Shown here piece by piece: positions 21,141 to 29,362 of a stretch of DNA of 64,000 bases. This DNA is from an uncultured Chthonomonadaceae bacterium (GTDB lineage Bacteria > Armatimonadota > Chthonomonadetes > Chthonomonadales > Chthonomonadaceae), in the NCBI GenBank assembly GCA_963817895.1, contig CAWFQB010000005.1, positions 352,001 through 416,000 of the forward strand. Reading direction: 5' to 3'. The translations under genes were made by a program, and so were the position numbers. The notes beneath the pieces were generated by a model, which saw only the letters and a program-made list of their open reading frames with translations, did no database searches and had not been told where the DNA came from. Every line of letters begins with the position of its first letter. Positions within the stretch are counted from its first letter, which is position 1.

Positions 21141-21168
21141 TAAATTATACCGGCAGTGCCTCCGACAA
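21141..21168 (+). promoter_or_regulatory. Putative sigma28 (FliA/SigD) promoter of fliC
   Basis: TAAA-N16-TCCGACAA, compared with consensus TAAA-N15/16-GCCGATAA. Confidence 0.55.
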
Positions 21169-21269
21169 TTGTTTGCGAGGGAAAAAGCAACGGGCAGGCA
21201 AAAATGTCCTGTTCCCGGCAGCCGATTTACTCCCTTACGCGCTCTTTGTCTTTCGCAGACAGCCCGATC

Positions 21270-21282
21270 CGGCAGGAAGCCG
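21270..21282 (+). promoter_or_regulatory. Putative CsrA-binding hairpin in the fliC leader
   Basis: CGGC-AGGAA-GCCG with GGA in the loop; a second ATGGA overlaps the RBS at about 21426. Confidence 0.55.
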
Positions 21283-21286
21283 ATGT

Positions 21287-21412
21287 GGGTAGAGAGTAGG
21301 GAGTAGAGAGTAGGGAGTAGGCGCTGACGACAAGTTCGTTTGAATAAGTCGCTGATTGCACTCAGTAAAAGTGTAAGCCTACTCCCTACTCTCTACTCCC
21401 TACTCTCTACCC
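21287..21412. repeat. Perfect 36-bp inverted repeat built from (GTAGRGA)n heptamers
   Basis: Arms 21287-21322 and 21377-21412 are exact reverse complements; 54-nt loop. Confidence 0.95.
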
Positions 21413-21441
21413 TGCGGGCAAATTCATGGAGGAATACACCA

Positions 21442-22953
21442 GTGTCATTGCAGATCAATACCAACGTGACCGCGCTCAACGCGCTCGACAACCTCAACAA
21501 AGTTTCCGGCAGTGTCGCCAGCAGCATCGAAAAACTGTCTTCCGGCCTGCGCATCAACCGCGCTGCCGATGATCCCTCCGGGCTGATCATCTCCGAGTCG
21601 CTGCGCGCCCAGATTGACGGCCTCAACCAGGCCGTCAGCAACAGCCAGGACGCCACCAACCTGATCAAAACTTCCGAAGGCGCCCTTACCGAAGTGAACA
21701 GCCTGCTGCGCAACGTGCGCCAGCTTGCCGTTCACGCCGCCAACACCGGCGTCAACGACCAGGTAGCGGTACAGGCCGACCAGACGCAGATCAGTTCGGC
21801 CATTGCCAGCATCCAACGCATCGCCGAGCAGACGCAGTTCGGAACCAAGCGCCTGCTCGACGGCTCTTCGGGCATCTCCGCAGCGGTTGTGGATACCAGG
21901 AACGTGGCGGGCATCAGCATCGGCGGCGTGTTCAACAACCTCACCACGCAAAGCGGAACCGTCAACGTGGTTGTCAATTCCGTTGCCACTCGCGCTCAGG
22001 TATCGGGCACGGCTCTGGCGACGTATGCCAGCGTCAACGCCAGCATCAGCACGGTCAACGGCCTGAAAACCGGTAACGGCGGCTCGGTTGTTCTCAACGG
22101 ACAGACCATCAGCATCAGCGGTTCCGATACCGTGCAGACGCTCATCAACAAGATCAACAACCTGGCAAGCACAACCGGCGTATCCGCCGACTTCACCAGC
22201 GGCAACGGTTCGGGCGCTATCGTGCTGACGCAGCAGAACTATGGCGCCAACTTCGCCATCAACGAGAGCGAGTCTTCGCCCCTGCTGACGGGTACGGGTT
22301 CGCCCACGCTGGTCAAGGGGAGCAATGCCACTGTCACCGTTATCGCTTCCGCTCTGGTTAATGGCGTCGTCACCAGCGTCGTCGCCACCTTCACCGGGGG
22401 ACGTTCCGCCACCGACAGCGGGCTGAAAGTGACGGATACCTACGGTAACAGCATCCTGTTGCAGGAAGCGTTCCAGTCTACCTACGTCAGCCCGACAGGT
22501 TCGCCGCAGCTCACGGTTGCGACGGTTTCGGCAGGCAACTTGCAGTTCCAGATCGGCGCCAACGCCGGGCAGACGGTAACTGCGAGCCTGGGCAATGTGC
22601 GCGCCACCAACCTGGGCAATACCAGCGTGGCCGGCTCGAACCTGTCCCTGATTGATGTGACGACCGCAACGGGAGCCACCAACGCGATCACCATCACGGA
22701 TGAAGCGATTGGGCAGGTGACGCAGTTACGCGCCAATCTCGGCGCCTTCCAGAAGAACACGCTCGACTCGACCATCAACTACCTGACGGTGGGCGTGGAG
22801 AACCTGTCCGCGTCGGAAAGCCAGATACGCGACACGAACGTGGCCTCGGAAGTCGTCAACCTGACCAAGAACCAGATCATTCAGCAGGCAGGCACCTCGG
22901 TGTTGGCGCAGGCGAATCAGGCTCCGCAGTCCGTGCTTTCCCTGCTCAAGTAG
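21442..22953 (+). CDS. fliC: Flagellin
   Basis: SLQINTNV.AL, LSSGLRINRAADD and C-terminal S.IRD...A.E...I.QQAG.SVLAQAN; GTG start after GGAGG. Confidence 0.97.
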   Translation: MSLQINTNVTALNALDNLNKVSGSVASSIEKLSSGLRINRAADDPSGLIISESLRAQIDGLNQAVSNSQDATNLIKTSEGALTEVNSLLRNVRQLAVHAANTGVNDQVAVQADQTQISSAIASIQRIAEQTQFGTKRLLDGSSGISAAVVDTRNVAGISIGGVFNNLTTQSGTVNVVVNSVATRAQVSGTALATYASVNASISTVNGLKTGNGGSVVLNGQTISISGSDTVQTLINKINNLASTTGVSADFTSGNGSGAIVLTQQNYGANFAINESESSPLLTGTGSPTLVKGSNATVTVIASALVNGVVTSVVATFTGGRSATDSGLKVTDTYGNSILLQEAFQSTYVSPTGSPQLTVATVSAGNLQFQIGANAGQTVTASLGNVRATNLGNTSVAGSNLSLIDVTTATGATNAITITDEAIGQVTQLRANLGAFQKNTLDSTINYLTVGVENLSASESQIRDTNVASEVVNLTKNQIIQQAGTSVLAQANQAPQSVLSLLK

Positions 22954-23082
22954 ATAGGTAGGCAGGTAGATGAGTAGATAGGTAGATAGGTAGATAGTAA
23001 ACGATAAACTGGTGGGTTTGTTGGTAAACGTTGCACACGCGATAGCCACAATCTACCTATCTACCTATCTACTTATCTACCT
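22950..23082. repeat. Inverted pair of octamer arrays (GTAGATAG)n / (CTATCTAC)n
   Basis: Left arm begins at the fliC stop codon; right arm ends just before the fliD RBS. Confidence 0.9.
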
Positions 23083-23095
23083 TCAAGGAGTTTCC

Positions 23096-25417
23096 ATGAG
23101 CGGCAGCATCAACTTTTCAGGTCTCTCTTCCGGCATTGACAGCGCCAGTATCATTCAGCAGTTGATCGCCGTAGACAAGGCGCCGGAAAACTCCATCAAA
23201 ATTCAGCAGCAGTATCTACAGCAGCGACAAACGGCGTACACCACCATCAGCGCCAAACTGCTCGGTTTGCAGGCGGCCACGTACAGCCTGGACGCCCTGC
23301 GCGCCTTCAATCTTGTGACCGCAACGAGCAGCAGCGCGACGGTTGCGACCGTGAGCGCGCAAACCGGGGCGCAAACCGGGACGCACTCGATCAGTGTGAC
23401 CAATCTGGCGCAGGCGCAGTTGATTGGCACGGGCGCGCAAACCAGCCAGACGAACCCGCTCAACCGGCACGGACAAATCATTATCAATGGCAAGGCCATC
23501 AATTACCAGGATTCCGACAGTCTGCAAACCCTTGCCGCCAACATCAATGCGGCCCAACCGGGCGTCACGGCGTCCATCATTACGCCGACCACCGGCCAGT
23601 ACTATCTCACGCTGGGCAGCACAAATTCCGGCATTCAGGGCAAAATCAACATCAGCGACGCGGGAACGGGAACCCTGCTGGGCGGCACGCTCGGACTGTT
23701 TGCCAATACGTCGAGTTTCGCCCATCCGCTGGCAGGCGGCGTGAACGGCTCCGGCCTGTTTACCGACAGCGCGACCAGCGTAGGCACGCTGGAGGGGCAG
23801 ACATCTCCGGCTGTGGGTAATGTGCAGCTGACAATCGGCGGCGCGATACAGAACGTTTCCATTGACCTGAGCCACTCCCTGAGCCAGATTGCCAGGGACA
23901 TCAATGCTGTGGCGGCGGGAACGGCGCAGGTCGTCACCGTTACTGATCCCATTTCCAACACCAACAAGCAGCAGTTACAACTGAGCAACGTAACGGCGTT
24001 TACGGACAGCAACAACGTTCTTGCCAATCTGGGTATCGCGCAAAACAATCTGGCAACCGGCAATGAACTGACGCTGGCGCAGGATGCGGCTTTTACCATT
24101 GACAACATCAGCGCCAGCCGGGCCACCAACTCCTTTACGGACGCGATTTCGGGCGTGACCATCAATCTGCTGGCTGCCGGCAGCGCCAACCTGACTATAT
24201 CCAGCGACACAGCCACAATCAAAAGCAACATCCAGGATTTCGTCAAGGCCTATAACGACTCGCTCGACAGCATTGACAGTTACTCGCAATACGATTCTTC
24301 CAGCGGCAAAACCGGCCCGCTCTTCGGCGACAGCACCACGCAGAGCATTTACGACAGCCTTGTATCCCTGACCAATGGCACTGTCAGCGGCCTGCCCCTG
24401 AACCTGAGCCTGCTGTCTCAAATCGGCATTACACTGGGGCAGGATGACCGTCTCTCGGTGGATGACGCGACACTCTCTTCGCAATTAAGCGCGAACCTGA
24501 ACGGCGTCGCCAAACTATTTCAATCTTATGGAGTGCCGACGAACCCGACTGTGCAGTTCGTTTCGGGAACCAAAGATACCGTGCCGAGTTCCTCCAACGG
24601 GTATGCCGTGCAGGTATTTACGCCGGCAAGCCAGGCGACGTATACCACAGCGAGCGTACAAACGCAGCCGTTGTCGGCGGATGAAACGCTGACTTTCGCC
24701 GGCCCGCTGTTCGGCACGTCCACAACGGCTACTCCCTTGCAGGGGCGCAGCATTCAGCTTCTCGCGGGCGCGTCCGCGTCCGATATCGTGTCGCAAATCA
24801 ACGCGGACCCAGTTATCGGCGCGCAAATTTCCGCAACCCTGGCTCCGGGCGGGCAGCTGCGCTTTACCAGCAAGCAGTACGGCTCCGCAGCGGATTTCGC
24901 GGTCGTTTCCAGCGCCAGCATCGGGCCGGACACCAGCGGCATGGGAACCACCTCGCATGAGTTTCAGGGCGCGGATGTTGTGGGAACCATCAATGGCGAA
25001 TCGGCGACGGGGATAGGGCAGTTTTTAACGGGTTCGCAGATTGGCGGCAGTTACGGCGCAAACGGGCAAACGTTGGGCCTGCAATTGCGCGTGACGGCTA
25101 CCACGCCCGGCAGTTACGGCAATGTGGTTTACACCGCCGGTGTCGCGAATGTGGTGAAAAACTACATTACCACACAGACGGATGCCTACACGGGCGCGCT
25201 GACAACGGCGGCCAGCGGGCTTCAAACCAACATTGACAATTTTCAGAGCAACATTGACGAGATCGAGGCGAACCTTGCCAACGAACAGCAGCGTTTGAAA
25301 GATCAGTTTACGGCAATGGAAGTGGCGATTGCGCAGATCAAATCGGCCAGCGCGGGACTTGCCTCCCTGTCAACCACCAGTCTGTTGAGCAGTTCCAGCA
25401 GTTCCAGTGGCGGCTAA
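23096..25417 (+). CDS. fliD: Flagellar filament cap protein (long form)
   Basis: INFSGLSSGIDS..II.QL, AQDA.FTIDN, FVKAYN and L..QFTAME.AI. Confidence 0.93.
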   Translation: MSGSINFSGLSSGIDSASIIQQLIAVDKAPENSIKIQQQYLQQRQTAYTTISAKLLGLQAATYSLDALRAFNLVTATSSSATVATVSAQTGAQTGTHSISVTNLAQAQLIGTGAQTSQTNPLNRHGQIIINGKAINYQDSDSLQTLAANINAAQPGVTASIITPTTGQYYLTLGSTNSGIQGKINISDAGTGTLLGGTLGLFANTSSFAHPLAGGVNGSGLFTDSATSVGTLEGQTSPAVGNVQLTIGGAIQNVSIDLSHSLSQIARDINAVAAGTAQVVTVTDPISNTNKQQLQLSNVTAFTDSNNVLANLGIAQNNLATGNELTLAQDAAFTIDNISASRATNSFTDAISGVTINLLAAGSANLTISSDTATIKSNIQDFVKAYNDSLDSIDSYSQYDSSSGKTGPLFGDSTTQSIYDSLVSLTNGTVSGLPLNLSLLSQIGITLGQDDRLSVDDATLSSQLSANLNGVAKLFQSYGVPTNPTVQFVSGTKDTVPSSSNGYAVQVFTPASQATYTTASVQTQPLSADETLTFAGPLFGTSTTATPLQGRSIQLLAGASASDIVSQINADPVIGAQISATLAPGGQLRFTSKQYGSAADFAVVSSASIGPDTSGMGTTSHEFQGADVVGTINGESATGIGQFLTGSQIGGSYGANGQTLGLQLRVTATTPGSYGNVVYTAGVANVVKNYITTQTDAYTGALTTAASGLQTNIDNFQSNIDEIEANLANEQQRLKDQFTAMEVAIAQIKSASAGLASLSTTSLLSSSSSSSGG

Positions 25418-25467
25418 CATATATCCTTGCAACCTGACATCCCCGAACATTCGGAGTAATACAACCC

Positions 25468-26061
25468 ATGGCTCTTGCCGATTCGTATCTCAAATCTCAT
25501 GCCGCAACAAATATCTCCGCGCCGCTGTCCAGAGTAGTGGTAAAGTCCCGAACAGGCAGCGCTTCGCAGCAGTACCAGAAGTCGCAGGTGGAAACCGCTT
25601 CCCCGACCCGGCTGGTCATCATGCTGTATGAGGGCGCGATTCGTTTTTGCCAGATTGCCCTGGATGCAATGGCCGCCCATGACCTGCCCGTTCAGCATGA
25701 GAACCTGCTCAAAGCGCAGCGCATCGTGGCGGAACTGCTCGGATCGCTGAACCGGGAAAAGGGCGGCGAAGTTGCGGACAATCTGGCGCGGCTGTACACC
25801 CATATGCTGGAACAACTGGTCGTGGCAAATCTCCACGATGAGCCGGAAGCCGTAAAACTGGTGCAATCCATGCTGCGCGATTTATGGGCCTCCTGGGTCG
25901 AAGTGGAACGGCTCGCTTCAGAGGGGGCAGGGGAAGAAAAGGAGAAGAGGAGAAAAGGAGAAGAGGAGAACAAGTTCCCGATCCCCAATGTCCAATCTTC
26001 AATCGAAAATCGCCAATCGGCAATTGGCAATCCGTCGCGTTTGGGGAGAGTCAATGCCTGA
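25468..26061 (+). CDS. fliS: Flagellin chaperone
   Basis: Y...QVETASP.RLVIMLYEGAIRF, KAQ.I..EL..SL and A.NL..LY; C-terminus extended by repeat-derived sequence. Confidence 0.93.
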   Translation: MALADSYLKSHAATNISAPLSRVVVKSRTGSASQQYQKSQVETASPTRLVIMLYEGAIRFCQIALDAMAAHDLPVQHENLLKAQRIVAELLGSLNREKGGEVADNLARLYTHMLEQLVVANLHDEPEAVKLVQSMLRDLWASWVEVERLASEGAGEEKEKRRKGEEENKFPIPNVQSSIENRQSAIGNPSRLGRVNA

Positions 26062-26464
26062 AACAATGCAAGGGTGTGTACAAACCAACTCCGGTATGGA
26101 AGCGGAGCAAATGCGGCTGCGTTCGCTGCGCCGATTGGGGCAACTGGCCGGGGAGATACAAAACGCGCTGGCGCGCGGGAATATGGAACTGGTGGGGCAG
26201 GCGTCCCGGCTGCTCGCGCCCGCCCTGGCGCAGTGGGCCGAAGCGCGGTTGCCGCAGGATGAACACAATGCCGAAATCGCGCGTCTCATGCAGGAAGCGC
26301 GGGGAGCATTGGCGGCCTGTGAAACGTCCCTGTCCCGCGCCATGCGGGACGTTCGAGAACAGCAGGGACAGGCGCGCCAACGCCAGAAGCGCGTCAAACA
26401 CGCCCGTTCCCACAAAATCGCGCTGTCGCGTTCGGCAGGCAGAACCCTTAACCTGTGTAAGTAG
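26054..26464 (+). CDS. Helical flagellar chaperone-like protein (FliT/FlgN-like by position)
   Basis: Overlaps the fliS end; all-helical 136 aa. Confidence 0.5.
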   Translation: MPETMQGCVQTNSGMEAEQMRLRSLRRLGQLAGEIQNALARGNMELVGQASRLLAPALAQWAEARLPQDEHNAEIARLMQEARGALAACETSLSRAMRDVREQQGQARQRQKRVKHARSHKIALSRSAGRTLNLCK

Positions 26465-26492
26465 TCCTGCCCCGAAGAAGCCATTTGTAAAC

Positions 26493-26522
26493 AGCCCCGC
26501 TTCCAGAATTGGAAGCGGGGCT
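26493..26522. terminator. Hairpin between convergent genes
   Basis: AGCCCCGCTTCCA-GAAT-TGGAAGCGGGGCT. Confidence 0.7.
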
Positions 26523-26605
26523 AATTTATGTCGTGTTGTATCGGCTCGGACAAACGCGATGAACGGCAATTCGCAACGTTTGCGGTCTGTATCGGTTTAC
26601 GCTGT

Positions 26606-27265
26606 CTACTTGCGGCCAAGTCGCTTGCGAAGGAAACCTGCTCCCGTAACGCTCAGGCCGACGAGAAGCGCTACGCTGCTCGGTTCCGGCACGGCAGTGG
26701 CATTCACCGTTCCAAAGAACAGCGTGTAGCCTTCAGGGTTGGTGGAGTTGATGGTAAAGGAGGTGATCGTGTTGGCCGAGGTGCTGCCAATCATGAAACT
26801 CTGATCTGCTGCTGTCGCGCCAAACGCGCCCGTCGCGCCATTATAAGAGCCGGCCCCGGTCGGCCCGGTCAACGCTTGCAGCCCATCGCCAAGATTGAAA
26901 TCGGCAGTGGTGGCCGTGCCGCCGGCAACACTCAGAACGATACTGGCGCTGGGATAGTAGCTGTTGGCTCCTAAGACGATCTGGCTGATGCTGATTGGCG
27001 CGCTGAAGTTGACGGTCAGAGTTTCCGCGCCGCTGGTGGATACGAACTCCTCGAAGTTGTTTGTCCATCGGAAGACGTTGTTATCCGAGGAACCCGGAGG
27101 GAAAATCGCCCTGGCGGTTCCGGTATCGGTGATAGTGTAACTGATGCTGGAATTGGGAACGATGCCGTTCGCGTTGTGCAGCGAAATCAGTTCCTGAGCG
27201 TGGGCCTGAACGCCGCAAAAACACAAAGCTGCGGGTAAAATCGCGGTGAGAAGTGAACGTTTCAA
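26606..27265 (-). CDS. PEP-CTERM surface protein
   Basis: Signal peptide ending AHA; C-terminal VPEPSSVALL, TM helix and RKRLGRK. Confidence 0.92.
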   Translation of the reverse strand: MKRSLLTAILPAALCFCGVQAHAQELISLHNANGIVPNSSISYTITDTGTARAIFPPGSSDNNVFRWTNNFEEFVSTSGAETLTVNFSAPISISQIVLGANSYYPSASIVLSVAGGTATTADFNLGDGLQALTGPTGAGSYNGATGAFGATAADQSFMIGSTSANTITSFTINSTNPEGYTLFFGTVNATAVPEPSSVALLVGLSVTGAGFLRKRLGRK

Positions 27266-27660
27266 ATGAGACTCCTTAATAAATGCGGGCGTTGGTGAAT
27301 GGCCGTTGCGCGACCGTTTCCACGCTATAGGTGTCGTTGAACGTGTTCTACGCCCATAAGGGAGCGGACACGAGCAGGGCTAGAAACGCAAGCGCGATTG
27401 TCAGGAGAGCGGCAAAGCGGAACGGAGTTGTCAATCTGTTTTCCTTTTCTGCGTGAAACTACGTACAATCGCCTTACCTGACCATAATACCTGTGTTTTC
27501 TATGCCAAAAGGGGTATAAACCATCAGGCTGCACAGGATTTGCACAACCTGCGCGATATTTGCACATTTCTATAATCCGGTCGTGAACTTTCCCATTCGC
27601 GCAAAAGTCGTATAATGTAAAGAAGCCTGTGGAGAATGGTCAACTATGGGGGTGTAAAGG

Positions 27661-28956
27661 TTGGAAGTAAAATTTGGCAGCCAGTTGCGGGCGTACCGGA
27701 AGATGCGGGGATTGACGCAAGCGCAGTTGGCAATCCGCAGTGGCGTGGTTCTGCGGAGTGTCGCGTATTGGGAGCAGGACGCCCATGTACCCGGTATCGG
27801 AGAATTGGAGAGCCTTGCCAGCGCGTTGAGCCTGACCCGCGAGGAGCGGCAAACGCTTCTTTCGTTTTTGCCGACAGGCAAAGTGAGCAAAATCGTTCGG
27901 GGCGCAACGGTTTGGACCGACATCGCTCCCCCCGGCGCAGGCGATTTGATCCGGGCTATGCGCTGGCGGAAGCGGCTGTCGCGGGATCAGGTCGCTCAGG
28001 CGCTTGGCGTTCATCCCACGACTATAATGCGTTGGGAGGCGGCGCAGAGTGTTCCCGATGAAGAAGTGCGGCTTCGGCTGGGCAATGCGCTAGGCGCGTT
28101 GCCGGAAGAACGCGCCGCTCTGCTGGCGCCGCCCCGTGCCATACCCCTGTGGACCGGAATTGCGCCGACGCTGGACGCCTACAGGGAAGAAGCGGCGCGT
28201 CTGGAGCGCGGCAGCGGCAGGGAGGCTGATCCCCTGTTCGATCTGCGCGCCTACCTGCTCACGGGAACGCTGTGGAACCTGGCGGCGCGAGAACCGCTAG
28301 CGCGCTTGATTCTGGCGCAGACGTATGCCGCCCGCGCCGTGTACTCCTGCGTCAGGGGCAATGATGACGCAGCGTTGAATTACTCGGGGCGCTCGCTGGA
28401 TCTTCTTTTCGGGGAAAAGTCGCCGCCGAAAGGGACTCTGTATCTGGCGCTGTGGGCCGAAGGCCATGCTCTGGCGCATCGTTCGCCGCAGTTTGGCCCG
28501 GAGCAGAGTCTTCGGCAGGAAAAGCGCTGGCTTCTTAAATTGGGAACGGACAAAGCGCCCGCTTTTCTGCTGATGAACGCGGCGTGGTGGGCCCTGGAGT
28601 CTGGTTCGCTGCGGGAAGCGCGGAACTACTGGCAGGCGGCAAACGCCCGCGCGGAGAGCGGCGAAACGATTTCCGTTTACGTTCGCGAGGGGATTCAAAC
28701 GACGCATGCCAATCTTCTGGTTGAGGAGGGGCGCTACGAGGAAGCCTTAGCGGTCGGCCTGCAAATTCCGGGCGAGGCGTATCACCGTCCCATTATGCGT
28801 CAACTCTTCCAAACATCTGTTTTCCTGAAAATGGGTGAGCGCAACGACGCGGACAGCCATTTGCGGCAGGCTTACTCTTTAATTGCAGAGAGGCAGGCGG
28901 ATTTCTTTACAAAAGAGGCCGATGCGCTTGCAAAGCAACTGGAACGCAACGCCTGA
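27661..28956 (+). CDS. Regulator with two XRE-type HTH domains and a TPR-like C-terminus
   Basis: FGSQLRAYR..RGLTQAQLA...WE and LIRAMRWRKRLSRDQVA..LGV...TI.RWE. Confidence 0.82.
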   Translation: MEVKFGSQLRAYRKMRGLTQAQLAIRSGVVLRSVAYWEQDAHVPGIGELESLASALSLTREERQTLLSFLPTGKVSKIVRGATVWTDIAPPGAGDLIRAMRWRKRLSRDQVAQALGVHPTTIMRWEAAQSVPDEEVRLRLGNALGALPEERAALLAPPRAIPLWTGIAPTLDAYREEAARLERGSGREADPLFDLRAYLLTGTLWNLAAREPLARLILAQTYAARAVYSCVRGNDDAALNYSGRSLDLLFGEKSPPKGTLYLALWAEGHALAHRSPQFGPEQSLRQEKRWLLKLGTDKAPAFLLMNAAWWALESGSLREARNYWQAANARAESGETISVYVREGIQTTHANLLVEEGRYEEALAVGLQIPGEAYHRPIMRQLFQTSVFLKMGERNDADSHLRQAYSLIAERQADFFTKEADALAKQLERNA

Positions 28957-28967
28957 CAACGCTATTA

Positions 28968-29336
28968 TTGGAAAAAAGCATAGAAGAAAATAAGGGCCAA
29001 TCGTATGCTGTCGAAGATTTACGGGGCGCGATTTCCAGGGTATTTCGCTCGTGGGAGGAGTTCTCAGGGGCGATTTCCAGGTTTTGCATCACTGGCGTCA
29101 TGGATGTGGCGCAGGATCGCTATACCCTCACGCGCGTTGACTTTGAAAACGGATACTACAAATCGCACCTGCTGGCGCATCTGGAAATCCGCGACGGCAA
29201 AATCTGGATTCTGACCGACAACACAGAAGAGGGCATTGCCACGGAACTGGTGGAGGCAGGTATAGCAAAGGCGGATATTGTTCTTGGTTATTATCCGCCG
29301 AGCCTGCGCGAAATGGGAGAGTTTTCCGTCGCCTGA
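28968..29336 (+). CDS. XisI family protein
   Basis: HLEIRDGKIWI..DNTEEGIATELVEAGI.K.DIVLG signature. Confidence 0.88.
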   Translation: MEKSIEENKGQSYAVEDLRGAISRVFRSWEEFSGAISRFCITGVMDVAQDRYTLTRVDFENGYYKSHLLAHLEIRDGKIWILTDNTEEGIATELVEAGIAKADIVLGYYPPSLREMGEFSVA

Positions 29337-29362
29337 AACCACTTTTTAATCAAGGTTAACAT

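Noticed and set aside
21170..21290. c-di-GMP riboswitch in the fliC leader
   Set aside because: GGCAAA is present but I could not find the rest of the GEMM motif; an Rfam scan would settle it
28968..29336. fdxN-type excision element
   Set aside because: No xisF recombinase, xisH or interrupted host gene nearby
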